Assembly (NCBI GenBank): GCA_964187785.1
Contig: OZ076409.1
Span: forward strand, 53,136,001-53,200,000
Reading direction: 5' to 3'
Source: Amphiscolops sp. MND2022
Lineage: Eukaryota
DNA: 64,000 nucleotides
Shown one piece after another: positions 39,437 to 52,000 of the stretch (its first letter is position 1; the number at the start of each line of letters is the position of its first letter). Below the pieces are notes generated by a model. That model did no database searches. It was not told the DNA's origin and worked only from the letters and a program-made list of their open reading frames with translations. Made by a program: the position numbers and the translations under genes.

Positions 39437-40030
39437 GTGAATATCGTCACAACTGCTTCTTCAGCATTCCTTCCTCCTCTCAAGCCGTCCATTCAAAAAG
39501 AATTCCAACGTATCTTCTACAACTTTCAACGAATTTCTTCATATTCTTCAATATGACGACTATTCATTCTGGTGACACAGACTGCCCGATAGCTCCTCTT
39601 CTTTCAATTCCTTCAGCTCGATTGCGATCCTTTCATTCTGAAAAAGTATTTAACAACATTAAATGCGCAGCTCAAAACAGATAAAAAGGCAGACCCTCAT
39701 CTTACAAGAATGATATTGCTCAATATGTTCCAAATATTCCAAATTACACGAAAAAACTTTGACCAATATCTTCACATTCATAAACATCCTGATACATATT
39801 CAGCTCAACGAGACGCCACTACCCAAACAGAGCATACTACTATCAAGCCCAAAAATTTAGTACGAAGTCTATCCAACAGAATGCGTTCTGAAATGGAAAA
39901 ACAACGTCTAAATTCCTATTGGCCTTCAGACAATAACGACGATACCGATGAAGAACTTCAAAAAGACCCTCCAGAAGCACTTCTAGATGATAATTACCCA
40001 TACAAAACGTATACTTACGTCTCTTTCTAA
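39437..40030 (+). pseudogene. Element A accessory ORF5 (~197 codons, unknown function)
   Basis: The frame of the 39710 ORF extends back, with two stops, to a CTAAT...TTTTTTAG acceptor-like site at 39423-39436. Confidence 0.55.
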
Positions 40031-41032
40031 TATCAACAGATGACATCAACACACTCATCCGATGACAACCCATCTTCAAATCCAACATCCACAACGATTG
40101 ATCGTCACAGCTCAGCACCCGTTCTTCACAACTTCATCGCCGCCCAACAGCTGACCCATCTTCATCCATCTTCCAATCTTCACTCTTCAGCCATTGAATT
40201 CTCAGCCAAAGATGATTGATAATCAATAATGAAGAAAACTCAAAGAAAAAACATTGTGCATGATAATATTTAAAAAAGCTTCAATTTCATACCGAAAACA
40301 TTCACAATGTATTTATTATTTCAAATTTCATCCCCACCCATGTTTATTTGCCCTTAAAATCCTTTAATTCACACCCGTACCGATATTTATTTGCTTTTTT
40401 TAAAAGAATAATTAATAGTTATTATTTTTCGGTGCTATCCTATCCAAAAATAACGTATGTTAACAACAAATCTTTTCAAATTTCAACAAAACAAGTTCAA
40501 AATAGAGCAAGCACATTGTTCAAATCATATTCGAATAATTACAGACCCAAATTCTCAAAGTTTTTAACATTTGTTACATAACAAACCCGCCAAAGTTGAT
40601 CACAACCTGATATCTTTTCAGACAGTTTTCACACTCGATGAAAAAATTTTATCAACAATAATTTTTCAATGAATCTTTGACCTTTAACTCGTATGATGTT
40701 TGCTCACGTTTGGCCAATGCGAAGTTCATTCAAAGACTTCAACAGAGGCAAAAAAATTGAGCATCTACCAGTTCAAAAAACAAGCCGACGAAAGCATAGT
40801 GAAAAAGAACACTTTGACGCTTTTTGAACTGTAGTCGCACCTACGAGGTGTCAATCAAAATTTTGACAATTCGAGGTACACCAATGAGTCGAACTTACAC
40901 CACTCTTAAAGAGACTTATGCCAATCATCCATCAAAAGAAAAACGTTAACTAGCTGAAACGCTAAGAACCTTTAAACAACATTTTTTTCTCCATTTTAAT
41001 TAATGATGCTACTTTAAAATTTTATTTTATTT

Positions 41033-41047
41033 AAAAACCGGGAAGGA
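41033..41047 (+). promoter_or_regulatory. Element A polypurine tract
   Basis: AAAAACCGGGAAGGA immediately precedes the 3' LTR. Confidence 0.75.
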
Positions 41048-41320
41048 TGTACTGACCTACATTAATAACCAATAGTATTTAGATGTTTATAGAATGAATG
41101 TTCTAGAATGTACACTTATTTATTATTGAATGACTGTAAATCTCTACTCCCTCAGAGAGAGAAAACTCATAATCAGTATTCGGTTGACTTCCTTTTTGTT
41201 CTACTTCTAACACCTCGAACTAGTTGTAATAAAGTTAGCTAGCTAGCCTGTCTCTTAGCCGCTTTTAGTAGTTGTGAATATTACTACCGAAAGAAATAAC
41301 CAACCCTTAAAAGCAGCACA
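41048..41320 (+). repeat. Element A 3' LTR (273 bp)
   Basis: TGTACTGACC...GCAGCACA followed by ATAT. Confidence 0.95.
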
Positions 41321-41605
41321 ATATTCGCGAAAATCAGTGCGTTTGATCAGTTTTGACCAAGTGTTGACATGAACCAAAGCAGTCACTCATTAACCTCGAT
41401 ACAGTGCGGACGTTGTGTTAGCGATAATATTTCCTTTGGGACCATAGAATCAACTTTACGTAGTAGCCTCGTAGATAGAGCGCTTTGATCAATTTGTAAA
41501 TAAGTGTGTCGTTACAACGTCGCTGATAGAAATGCAGCGCATTGCTTACTATGTTAGGTTCAATTTATGCATAGGGGAGGCGCTTTCAACTAATTCTTCA
41601 TATAG

Positions 41606-42180
41606 TGTCGCAAGCATTGTGGTTTGGTTGATCATCATTTTGACGATTTTGAATATGCTCACTTCTTGAGTTATCTCTAGTAGATGCATTTCGCAGAACT
41701 TCGGCCGAAACGTTCCATCCTTTTCTGGTCACCTGTCCTGAACCGGCCATGATGGCATTTTGAATCTGAGGTAATACTTGATTACTAATGGTATCATTTA
41801 TGGCTCTCTGTATTTGAACACTGACACTGTTCATCATCTCATCCATTTCCCTAGATACTCTAGAATTCAATTCGTTAGACAATTCATTGATCTCGGCGTT
41901 AGAATTAGTGCCGACTGAGTTCTGGCCGTGTTCGGCAATAATCCCTGAACTAATATCTCTACAGCCCTGGAACAGATTTTCATTAACATTTCCGAAATTG
42001 TTGCTGGTAATGCTCCCAGGCCTTCCTGCCAAGTTGCTATCTACGCTCTCTTCTTTATTCTTTATTATCCGAACCATTAAAATGGTTTTCTCTTAACATA
42101 CCGTCAAGGTTTTCAAAAACCGAGAGTATTTTAAGTCTTCTAGACTTTCCAGCCTTCTTCTGTTTTCTTGTGGTAGGCAT
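41606..42180 (-). pseudogene. gag N-terminal segment encoded within the element B LTR
   Basis: MPTTRKQKKAGKSR from 42180; a 7-bp tandem duplication (42053-42066) shifts the frame, and removing it gives ..GSDNKEESVDSNL..NACD up to the LTR end. Confidence 0.7.
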
Positions 42181-43227
42181 TTGAAGAAAATCCGAATTCA
42201 AATATTTTAATTAGGTTGTATTCGGAAAACAGTGATTTTGAAAATAAACAGTAAAGCTTTTACAGTCAAACTGAACAGTGGTAGAATAAGGCAAATTGTG
42301 TCTTCTGAAGGAAAACAACTACTATATAAACTCCCTTGGGCATGACATATATGACAAAATACTTCAAAAATGCAAAAAAAAACATTTCAAAAGCTCCAAA
42401 CGGGGTCATGGGACAAATATCAAGACCATTCAAATTCTTCTCTTTGATGCAACAACAAATATTTTAGAGCGGCAGAGTACATCAAACAAATGTCATACAA
42501 CAAATTTCTTAAGAATGTAAACTGCTATGTATTGGCACGTGCCTACTTATGTGGGCGAATTCGTCAAACAGGCATCATCGATTCATGTAATCCTGCACAA
42601 TGAAATATGGCCCAAAATGGCCATTTGACAGAAGTGTTAATTATTAAGGGTGGCCAGAGTAGTCCAAAGGACTGGTATCTACATCATTCTCCTGATTGAT
42701 ATTAATTGCACTGTTTAGTCTCAAGAGACTCATGAGTATCACCGAAAATAAATATAATCTTACGTGACAATTAAATCACACAAAATATCATCAACATGAC
42801 AATTTAAACAATGAATTAGAGAAATTGCCTATTTCGGCCATTTGCCTATTGTCCCATTCAAGTAACGCATCAATGTGTCAAACGGCCTTATCCGGCCAAT
42901 TAATCAAAACGAGTATAGTATTGAGAAATGAACGATTGTGATTGGTTGAAATAATGAGCTCAAGTGACGTCTCCGGAATAGGAGTTACGTTCACATGAAC
43001 TCGTTTCCGTTACAGCGTATACTTACTTGCATTCTAGCTTCAATTACATTGAACATATTACTGCACTGCTATACTTCAAAACATTCAGTTTGGATCTTTC
43101 GATTATGAGCCTTAACACACTAACCATCATAAAATAAAATGAAAATAAGTAGCAACACCTAGTATAAAATCGTGCAAAAATGAGAAAATTGGTATAAAAG
43201 GTTCAAGTTTCCGTTAAAAGTTCAAGT

Positions 43228-44016
43228 TTAATAAATTGGGAGAGTACCTGTCGCTGTCTCTTGTCCGACCGAGGTCGTTGTAATTTTCGTGCCGTCACCT
43301 GCGGCAGCCTGCGACACAGCGAGTGCCAGAAAAAGCGAACTACCTGCATTAAGACCGTTTGAATACGCTTCCCGACTGAGGGCTGTGATGTAAGCAGGTT
43401 CGCTCCGGGGTGTAGACCTCTCCATGTACCAGTCTGTTTTTTCTTGCTTTATCTCGTCGACATATTTGACACATACCATGCAGCTGAGGCACCTCTGGTT
43501 GCTAAGGTCCGCAAATGGCCGCACACTCTGTATATGGTAGGAAGCATGAAAGGTATTGTCCGTCGATTGCGGCATTGGGGTGTCCAGTGAAGGCCCCCTT
43601 TCATTTTCGAAGGGTGACATGGGTGACTCCAAAACTGGTAGAATTGTGTTACAGAGCTCGATTTTTGCCTCTTCAATTTTCCGGGAAGGCGCATAGCAGA
43701 GTTTTTCGTCGAAATATTTAAAACCTAACTTGGGGGTAGTTGGCGGAACCGGTCGCGAGCTACTGGGACCTGCTTCCATCTCGTCATCCAGCCCCTCTGT
43801 GGTCATGACGCGTCCAGCAATGAGAATTGGGCTAGAATTGAAATCTTTCTCGATTCTGCTGATCAATGCTTCGGTGTCCGTTGACCAGTCCGAATCGTAG
43901 GAGTCTGTAGCCTCTTCTTCCTCGTCGCTTGAGATGTATATGACAGACTCTGCTGAGTCTTCTGAGCTCTGCTCCTCGAAGTCAAAGAGTTTCCTCAATA
44001 GGTTAAATTTCTGCAT
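43228..44016 (-). CDS. Intact 262-aa element-borne protein with an acidic N-terminus and SIM-like motif
   Basis: Uninterrupted ATG-initiated ORF; VIYISSDEEEE; CLSCMVC; decayed homolog at ~21130-21395 (+). Confidence 0.7.
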   Translation of the reverse strand: MQKFNLLRKLFDFEEQSSEDSAESVIYISSDEEEEATDSYDSDWSTDTEALISRIEKDFNSSPILIAGRVMTTEGLDDEMEAGPSSSRPVPPTTPKLGFKYFDEKLCYAPSRKIEEAKIELCNTILPVLESPMSPFENERGPSLDTPMPQSTDNTFHASYHIQSVRPFADLSNQRCLSCMVCVKYVDEIKQEKTDWYMERSTPRSEPAYITALSREAYSNGLNAGSSLFLALAVSQAAAGDGTKITTTSVGQETATGTLPIY

Positions 44017-45072
44017 TATCAGTTTGTTTGCAATTTTGCATTGTCAGATGGCAGCCGATTTTGGTGAAAATTTGGAGTAGACAGAATTTATCCAATTTTC
44101 TGAAACAAGCCGAATCGGGCGTTTTCCCGGCAATTCGTATTTGGCGGTTAGGTTTGTCGGTAAATTATCCTAACTTGGCATAAACATTTCTGAATGGAAT
44201 TTTTCAGCGGTAATAAGTCTTTGAATTCTTGAAGACAAACCCCCTTTCTCATTTTCTCAAGTGGATAATAGAAGAGTCTTTGAGTTGTTAAATATCTCCA
44301 TTTCAAGTGGGTAATTAGCAGCGTGCTTGGGTGTAAATAACGACACGCGTTATGAGGTTTCTTTCAAAATGACTTCAGCCAATCAGAGATGAGCTTCGAT
44401 AAACTGAAAAATGAATATTAAAATTGCGAAGATTACAATCCTAAATAATTCAAAATGGCGGAATTCTAACTAAAATAACAACGGAACAAAACGGCAAAAT
44501 AAAACAGGGTAAACGGCCGTAAGCGTCGTTCAACTAACAAGGTTGTAAATATTGAAGAATATCCTGTACAACTCGCTGGCGGACTCCATGTACAGCTTTA
44601 AATATGTAAATAGTCAAGTAATATTTGTCTGGTAAAATTTTCAGCCAGGAAAGCCAACTTTCAATCTTCTTGATTGTGACTCCATTTCAATTCCATTTAC
44701 GATTTGCATTTGTTATATTTGTATTCTTCTCGCATTTGTATTTTTGACTACAACACCCATTCCCGTCCATCCTCAACTCCGTTGCTGATCTTCCTTCCCT
44801 CGGATTCTTTTGGATCTTCTCACCATCTTCAGCCAAACCAGGCCAGGTTCCCCAACTATTTAAATCGATTGAGGACTGTTCCCCAGAAGACAACGTTACT
44901 GCACAAAAATGTCTTCTAATTCAGGTTGGTCTGAACTTTTGTAAATTGAACTAAATTAACTTGATCAGAGCTAATTTTGTTCACAAGGCGCTTCCTGTTT
45001 CCATCATCTAACACGTGATAGCATGCTTCATTCAAATTTCAAATACTTCTGGAAGATTTCTAATACGGCTTA

Positions 45073-48000
45073 ATGGACTCTTTCCAAGGAAGCTCACCGC
45101 GAAAATTCATCTCCTTCTGTTTAGAAAATCCAACAGATGAAAGTTACCAGCCACCAGACCCAGCCTTCATTCAAGTTCCTAACAAAACTAGCAGTGTGGA
45201 CCCAGAGTTGCAAAAACAACCTAGCCAGCAAATTTCTTCAAAGGAGTACGGTAGTGATGAAGATGTTAATGCGTATGCCGACAACATCGTACGCTTGAAA
45301 GAGGGATCAACTATTTCAGGAACAGGGCGGAGAGTTGACTCGGAAGAGCAACCCAGGCGAGTCACTGCACCTGTGACTGATGGATTAGATGAAGTAAGCC
45401 GGATCCGGACAAGTACCCCAGTTCCCATTAGCCAGGTGAGAGAGTAACTGCCACAGCGGAAACCAGTTTCCCAGAATTGGTCCCCATTTCAATGCTTCTT
45501 GTTGGGGAACGTTCTGAAACCCACCTCTCTGCCAGTGAGGATAACACATCTTCCATTTATGAAGTTCCAGCGTTGCCTGGACTACCAGCCCAGACAGAAC
45601 CCCCGACAGAAATGAGCTGAGAAGACTGAGGACGAAATCAGTAGATTGGGTTATCAACATACCCAAAATGTCACCTTTGGTGACACAAAGTCAGGGACAG
45701 AAGGAGGAGACGAATCTGGCCCCAGCACCAGGACTATCCGCCAAGCAGAACCAGGACCTTCCGGTCAGACAGTAAACATGCCTGTTCATGAGTTATCAGG
45801 GAGGAGTAGGGCAGTGCTCAAACAACTATTTGTTGAAACTCCTCCTTTCTCGCTGCCAGTTGGGCACTCGACTGTTGCGTTTAGCGAACCGGAGCTTCAT
45901 CACTTACTCAAGACTCTTACTAATGAGACGCTTAGTCAATCATTCACCACTATGGTTTTGGAAGCAGTGAAGGGCGCCCCTGCGACAGCACAATCGCGGA
46001 CCGATCACTTCCGATCCCGGCATCGGGCACAAAATCCGCACCCACACATGGACAGTGATACCAGTGAGGGAGGGATAGAGAGTGACTCGTGTTCTGAACC
46101 CCTTGCTCCAGGATCTTCTAGTACTTTAGCTAGTGGGGACTCGACAACAAGTTACGAAGAATCAGATAGTGCTGCAGAAACGGCTTTAATAGACGAATCA
46201 TGTCAAAGGTCCACTGCAGGAACTGCTGGGAAGCCCCCCATAGTTACAAGCACTCAAGCCAACCCGCTGAAACAGTAACCTCCAGTGAGATGAGCTGTCC
46301 CGAAGAGACACTGTCAGCAACCCGGGAAGCAGCAATTGAAGAGAAGACCAACGTTGTTCCCCAGTCCAAGAAGACTAAGAAAAAACCGAAGACCATACAA
46401 CGAGGAGTCCCGATGAGAGAGGAATTTTTCTCTGAAATCGGATGGACGCGTTCCTTCATTTCTGTTCCTGCTGACCCGCTGCACAATCCTTGCATGGTGT
46501 GGTGCCACATTTGTAAAAAGAATATTTCCATCAAAACTAAAGGCACTTTCGAAATTTTACGGCACCACAGAACAGAGAAGCATCTTAGGCGCGATCAAGG
46601 GTGGAGGTACGAGCACTTGCACAGCATTGACCCCATCAGTGGAAAAGTTCAGCATAGGGAAAGAGGCCGGAATGGAAAAGTGCTGTCATTGATTGAACTG
46701 GTCAAAGAACTGCCAAAGTTTATCCACGCTGAGCTAGTGCACAAAGGGGAGCGTTTTCCCTCCTACGAAGATTTCCCTACAAAAAGTTGTGCCGAGTCTT
46801 CGCGTGCCGCAGTAGTCTCCCGTCCTCTCAATTTACTGGAGAACTTGGATCTCTGTCTCGGTTCCTCTTCGTGGTTTCCACCATAGCTGACATCGTGGCG
46901 TGTTCCCGGTGTTCAGTGGACTTTGTGCGCACCCTAGAAGTGCAGCTATTTCCCCAGAGGGTTTCAAAGTTGTTCCCGCTTTGAACATTTATCGCTGTTC
47001 TCCCTGATGCACAAAGGAAGTTACAGCGTATTCGGAATGATTGACTTCTTTTCGGTGCTGCAAGCCCTTCTAGTCTCCCTGGGTGGGTCTCAAGTAGAGG
47101 ACTGGATCCTAGAATATCCGGAACTCCATCGAGTTAGTGCTGAACTCATTGTAATTCATGGGTCCAAAACAATAAAGTGGCTACTTTAATCATGATATTC
47201 CTTCTTTAGGCGATTACCTCATGCCAGTTGGACCTGAGGGCTTGCCAGCATTGTCCACTGAACTGATCAACCTGTGGAAGAATGTGCGAACTTACTTGAC
47301 CGTCCACTCGCCCGGGGAAGAAGGTCAAGGAGTAAGAAGTAGAGTAAGTTTTTTGTCCGTGTTGTCCTTCTGTTTTTTTGACTCAAAAGTGTTTTTAACC
47401 TGCATAACCCAGTAGTCTTCCGATGAATATGGACAGGATTTTCCTTATTTAACTCGTGCTGTTACAGGTGCAGAGCTTTGAGTGGTCACTTATTAGTGAT
47501 GAGTTTATTACCGTCAAGATTGAGTTCTTTCAACGTCTTGTCAGTGACTGTTAGTATTTTCTTGTAGATTCTGGTTCACTTTTGCCTGTTTCGGACGTTT
47601 TCCTTTGTGTTTGCAGATTTATCCAGTTTCGTAATTAACCTTCAACAACGGCGCGATGCGTCTTTCTATCTGTTTGGTGAAGTTAGCCAGTCTGTCTATT
47701 GTCTTTGTTGCCCTGCTTCACTCCAGACACTGTGCCTTTGGAGAACTCTTGGTTCCTCCTCGTGGAGTTCAAGACAGCAGAGGGTAAGTTCAAGGAAGTA
47801 AACGATTTTCTAATTCGGCCAAAGCTTGTTTCAAAAGTTGCTGCGGCCAGCAAAATCAAAGCCGAGGGACTTTTAGTTGGCAAAAAACCTGACAAGGCAA
47901 CGGTCCAGAAGACCATCACTGAGGTAAGAAACGACTTTGTCCAAGAGGCACTCCGTTTTATCAAGTACCTGCTAGATGGGGTCCTACATCAATCAGAATC

Positions 48001-48786
48001 GAACTCTCACCTGGTCCAGGTTTTGGCAGCTTTCAATTCTCACATCTTATTCAGACGACCAGTTAACGTTGCCTTGCGACATTTTGAGTTACTGTACAAT
48101 ACTTTTCTTTTGCGGAAATGGGTCACGAGCGCTGATGAGTCTTCCTATCGCGAAGAGTACCTTGGCCTACTTGATCATCTGCAGATTACTTATCCGGCTG
48201 ACTTCAATTCCACTGATCTGTCTGCTGACCTAATCGAGTTCCTCATGGGGGTTGACTTTCTTGGCACTAAGCCACGACTTCTCCACCTCTTTAAATTGTG
48301 TTGCCTATGATTTACAGCCCGTAGTGAAGAATTTCGCTCTGTTACTTTTGGTTATATTGACCTTATAGGTCCCCAGGGAAGATTTGCCAACTCCCCCCCC
48401 CCGACGTCGTGTTGCCGGGACGAAGTTATTTGTCTGGAATTCTCGATTCAATCCTGTTCTGCAGTCAGGATTCAAATCTGTCAAAGTTCTCTCTGCTCGC
48501 ATCTAATTTTGGGAGGTCAGCATTTGCCCCTACATATGATCCTTGGGATTATGTGGATACGTTTGGACGTTCCAAAATCTATAAAGCTTTATTGTCATCC
48601 TATATGGTAGCGGTTGCAGGCCCTCATAGAAACGTCGTTAGTTTGGACCCTAGGGAAATTTCTCCAGTCCTGGAACAGTCTGCCTTGCAAATTCCGAGTA
48701 GCACAAAGAGAAGGCGAATGGGCAGTACAAAGTCTCGGTCATCCAGTTCATCTGTCGTCAGTGTTCCTACCGCCCTTAACTTCTAA
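45073..48786 (+). pseudogene. Antisense BED-finger / hAT-transposase-derived gene inside element B (probably spliced, disrupted)
   Basis: Disordered S/T/E-rich N-terminus; GWT..VWCHICKKNISIKTKGTFEILRHHRTEKH (C-x2-C-x16-H-x5-H); helical C-terminal region RNDFVQEALRFIKYLL..LVQVLAAFN..PRLLHLFKLCCL; splice-like sites (TTCTTTAG 47209, GTAAGT 47344, TTTGCAG 47617). Confidence 0.7.
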
Positions 48787-49074
48787 GGACTAACGTGTAC
48801 ATATGTATTTATGTACACTAGACAGTATACTCTGTTTTATTCTGTGTTGTATTTATCCATAGTTGCCAATTTTGTTGCTATTTGTATTAATTGATGGTGA
48901 TTTGTTTCTGTTTCGTTGCTATACCCCTGCATATATTCTGTCCGTAGGGGTTTTTCGACCGTTCTTTTATTTGTTCAATGAAAATACTGTCTGCCATGGG
49001 ACTAGAAATGGAAAAAAAGATAGAAGAAAAGAAAGGCAAAATAACGCTCGTTTCTGGGCGAAATTCATTTCTGT

Positions 49075-52000
49075 CCAGTATCTAAAGTCTTCTGAGTAGT
49101 TTGGAGTAGGATTAGGCCTGAGATTATCTTTCCCTCCTCTGGGGTTCAGACTTTCATTTCTATCATCATTTTGCGAGATTTCTGGCACGATAATATCAAC
49201 CCCCCTGTTTGGAGAGTTTTATGCATCGTTTTCATCATTAGAATATCTTTCCTGAAAATTTGCATCATTTTCCTGTCTTTTGGACAGATCCCGGGAACGA
49301 TTTTTTTTAATTTTTGTGGTGAACGGCTGAATCCGGCCAATCAGAGTTTTCATTTCTAGCAGCTTCACTACCTTCATTTCTATTGCTGACGTCACTTTTC
49401 AATCTTAAGTTCTGATTTTGCGCTGCGTCGTTGACGTCATTCGGACTGTCAGTCGTGATTATGTAATCCGCTTCTTTCTCGTGTGCGTCACTTGCATTCA
49501 TTTCTGCCGTAACCGGCTGTTCGCCATTCGGCAAGCTTTCTGAATAGGCTCGTTGCCTCGTGTAGTTAGCTGGTCACCGAAGTTTGTCTCCCACGCTATT
49601 GTATATAAGTCGTCCTGCGGAATGATAATTTCCTCGTCTCGCTGTAAGTGCTCTTCTCGAGAATCGTTTTCAAACAGTTGATTGGGAACGAACTTTTTAA
49701 GGCGGATTCGATGTAAAAACTGAGTTTTATTTGTATTGAGCCTGCGGACGGTGTAATTTTCCTGAGGTAAAACTTTTTGGACTTAAAATGGTCCAACCCA
49801 ACGATCATCTCTGAATGGAATCTTTGATCCTTGGTGATTCGCTTTTGGCTGCAAAACAAAACAGTAATCATTTTCCTTGAGTCGTGACGCTTTTGCTTTG
49901 CGGTCAGAATATTCCTTGTATTTAACGTAGGATTGCATGATATTCCTTTTTGTTTCGTCAATCAAGAGTTTTGTGCGATTCTGAATTTCTTCCGCAAATT
50001 CAGTTGTGGCGATGATCTGCTCGTTTGGATTATTTTCAAGTTTGTGATCCAAGATATCGTATGGAACTCGTCCATGGAATACTCTTGTTGGTTCACAACC
50101 GATACTTGCATGGTAACTGGTGTTGTGATTGAGAAATGCTAATGGCAAGTATTTATGCTATCGTCGGCGATATTCCCCTTATGCCATTTTTAGGTTCGTC
50201 TTCAATGAAGCATGCGTTCGCTCTATTTTCCCGATTGTTTGCGGGTGTTTAGTTGTTGCACATTTGAGTGTAAATCCGGAAATTTGCGTACTTTCTGCAA
50301 TAATCGTGGAAATGAATGCAGTTCTTTTGTCGGTAAAAAGTGTTGTTGGTAATTACGCATGTTTTGTCAGTTTATCAAGAAGCACTTTTGCTACATTGAT
50401 TGCTGAAGCGTCCGTAAGAGGATAAGCAAACAGATATCGAAAAAAGACATCAATTGCAGTTAGAACATTTTCATATACTCCACTTGGGGGAAGATTCGGC
50501 AATTAGTCGATTTGCATAGCGTCTTCGGGTCCAAGGTCCCATTCTGTCAAGTTAAGTAGTTCAGGTGTGAAAGTTGCTTTAGGGACTCGTTTGTTTCTTG
50601 CGCATTGCTCACACCCTTCTACCCACTCCACTTTTTTATTATTCTTTGCCATGCTAGGGTGATAATACCTTTGTCTGATCTCCTGTAACATTTTTGATAT
50701 GCCAGGGTGCTTTTGTGGTGTCCCATGAAGCGACTGGAGCAATTCTTGGAGCAAGTGCTGCGGGAGTAGAATTTGATGGCATTTTACATTCCCTGTTTTG
50801 TCGAAGTATTGCCTGGTCAGGATCTTTTCCTTGACTACAATCCGTTCTAAATTATTTGCATAGTGTCTGCATCGAGCGTTCTGTTGCAGTACATTTCTGA
50901 ATGTTCTTCATGAAAGAGTTTTGCTTTCAATTGCTGTAATACTGCATCTTTGGATTGCTCAATAATTATCTGATTCGTTTTCCGTAGTCGGACTTGGATA
51001 TCAGGTTGTTGTTCGATCAAATTTGTTAACAATGTTTGTATTGTCACAGCAGGTTCTTCCATAGCGGGATTTTTCCTGATTGCTTCTTTCAACGCCCAGT
51101 ATTGTTCTTCCGTCTCATCCTGCTGATTGGACATTGATTTCAATTGGTAAGGTTTGTACAACCTCGCGGATTTTCATGACTAATTTGTCCTTGGGATCAG
51201 ATTCCAATCGGGATAGGTAAATCGCTGCTGTATTTTGTGCTCCAGGGATATGCGCTATGACAAAATTGAATTGAATGACATAGTCAGAAGCGTTCCACAG
51301 GGCTTGGGGTACAATTTTTGTTTAGAAACATTGGGTGACGGCATTGTTGTCTGTTAGGAGAATGACCGGGTTCGGCGCACCCCAGAAAACATGCCCAAAT
51401 TCTTTAAATGCAAAATAAATTGCAAGAAAGTCTTTTGGATAAAAGGACATCTTCATCTGGGTGGTGGTGGAGGTTTTGGAACCCTAGGCGACCAGTGCAT
51501 AGGATTTGCGGAATGAAGTGAATTTCTGACTTGGGTCATCTTCGATTAGCACTGCATATCCAGCAGCACCAAAACTTGCGTCTGTCATCAATGCGATTTG
51601 TTTATTCGGAATCGTTGTTTTAGGGTCAAGTCGCAACAATTGTCTAGTGCTCGGTTGATTTCCTCAAACTGCCGAACCAATTCGTTTGATACTAGAACTT
51701 TTTTGTCACTTTTCAGCATCTTATAGAATGGGGAAAGGCGTTGTTGGAAAGGAAAGACAATCTTGGGACGTAGTTTCTGTAGTAATTTGAAAATCCCAAA
51801 TAACGTTGCAAAGCCTTTTTTGATTTCGGAAATTTGGTTTTTTCAAGAAAGTTTTGAACATTCTATCTTTGGGGTTTGACGCCTTGTGGGATAATCGTTC
51901 GTCCAAGAAAATCAATCTCTAGCACCAAAATGGCATTTGTGCATTGTCAATTAAAGGCCTGCTTCCTGAATGCATTTGAATGTTGCTCTCAGGTTAGCGA

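Larger units (their letters stand above)
22819..41320 (+). mobile_element. Element A: full-length env-bearing Ty3/Gypsy LTR retroelement, 18.5 kb
   Basis: TG...CA LTRs at 22819-23089 and 41048-41320; ATAT TSD (22815-22818 / 41321-41324); PBS; PPT; gag-PR-RT-RH-IN-env order. Confidence 0.95.
41606..44237 (-). repeat. Putative ~2.6-kb 3' LTR of element B
   Basis: Starts TGTCTTCAAG 2 nt after GAGAAAATGAGAAAGGGGG (44240-44258, minus) and ends CTTGCGACA. The 5' LTR is outside the window, so the start is unconfirmed (alternative TGTAACG at 43014). Confidence 0.5.

Noticed and set aside
41606..43014. Solo LTR bounded by TGTAACG at 43014
   Set aside because: No TSD (TATAG vs GCGTA) and no PPT next to 43014; 44237 has a PPT. 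Kept only as an alternative boundary.
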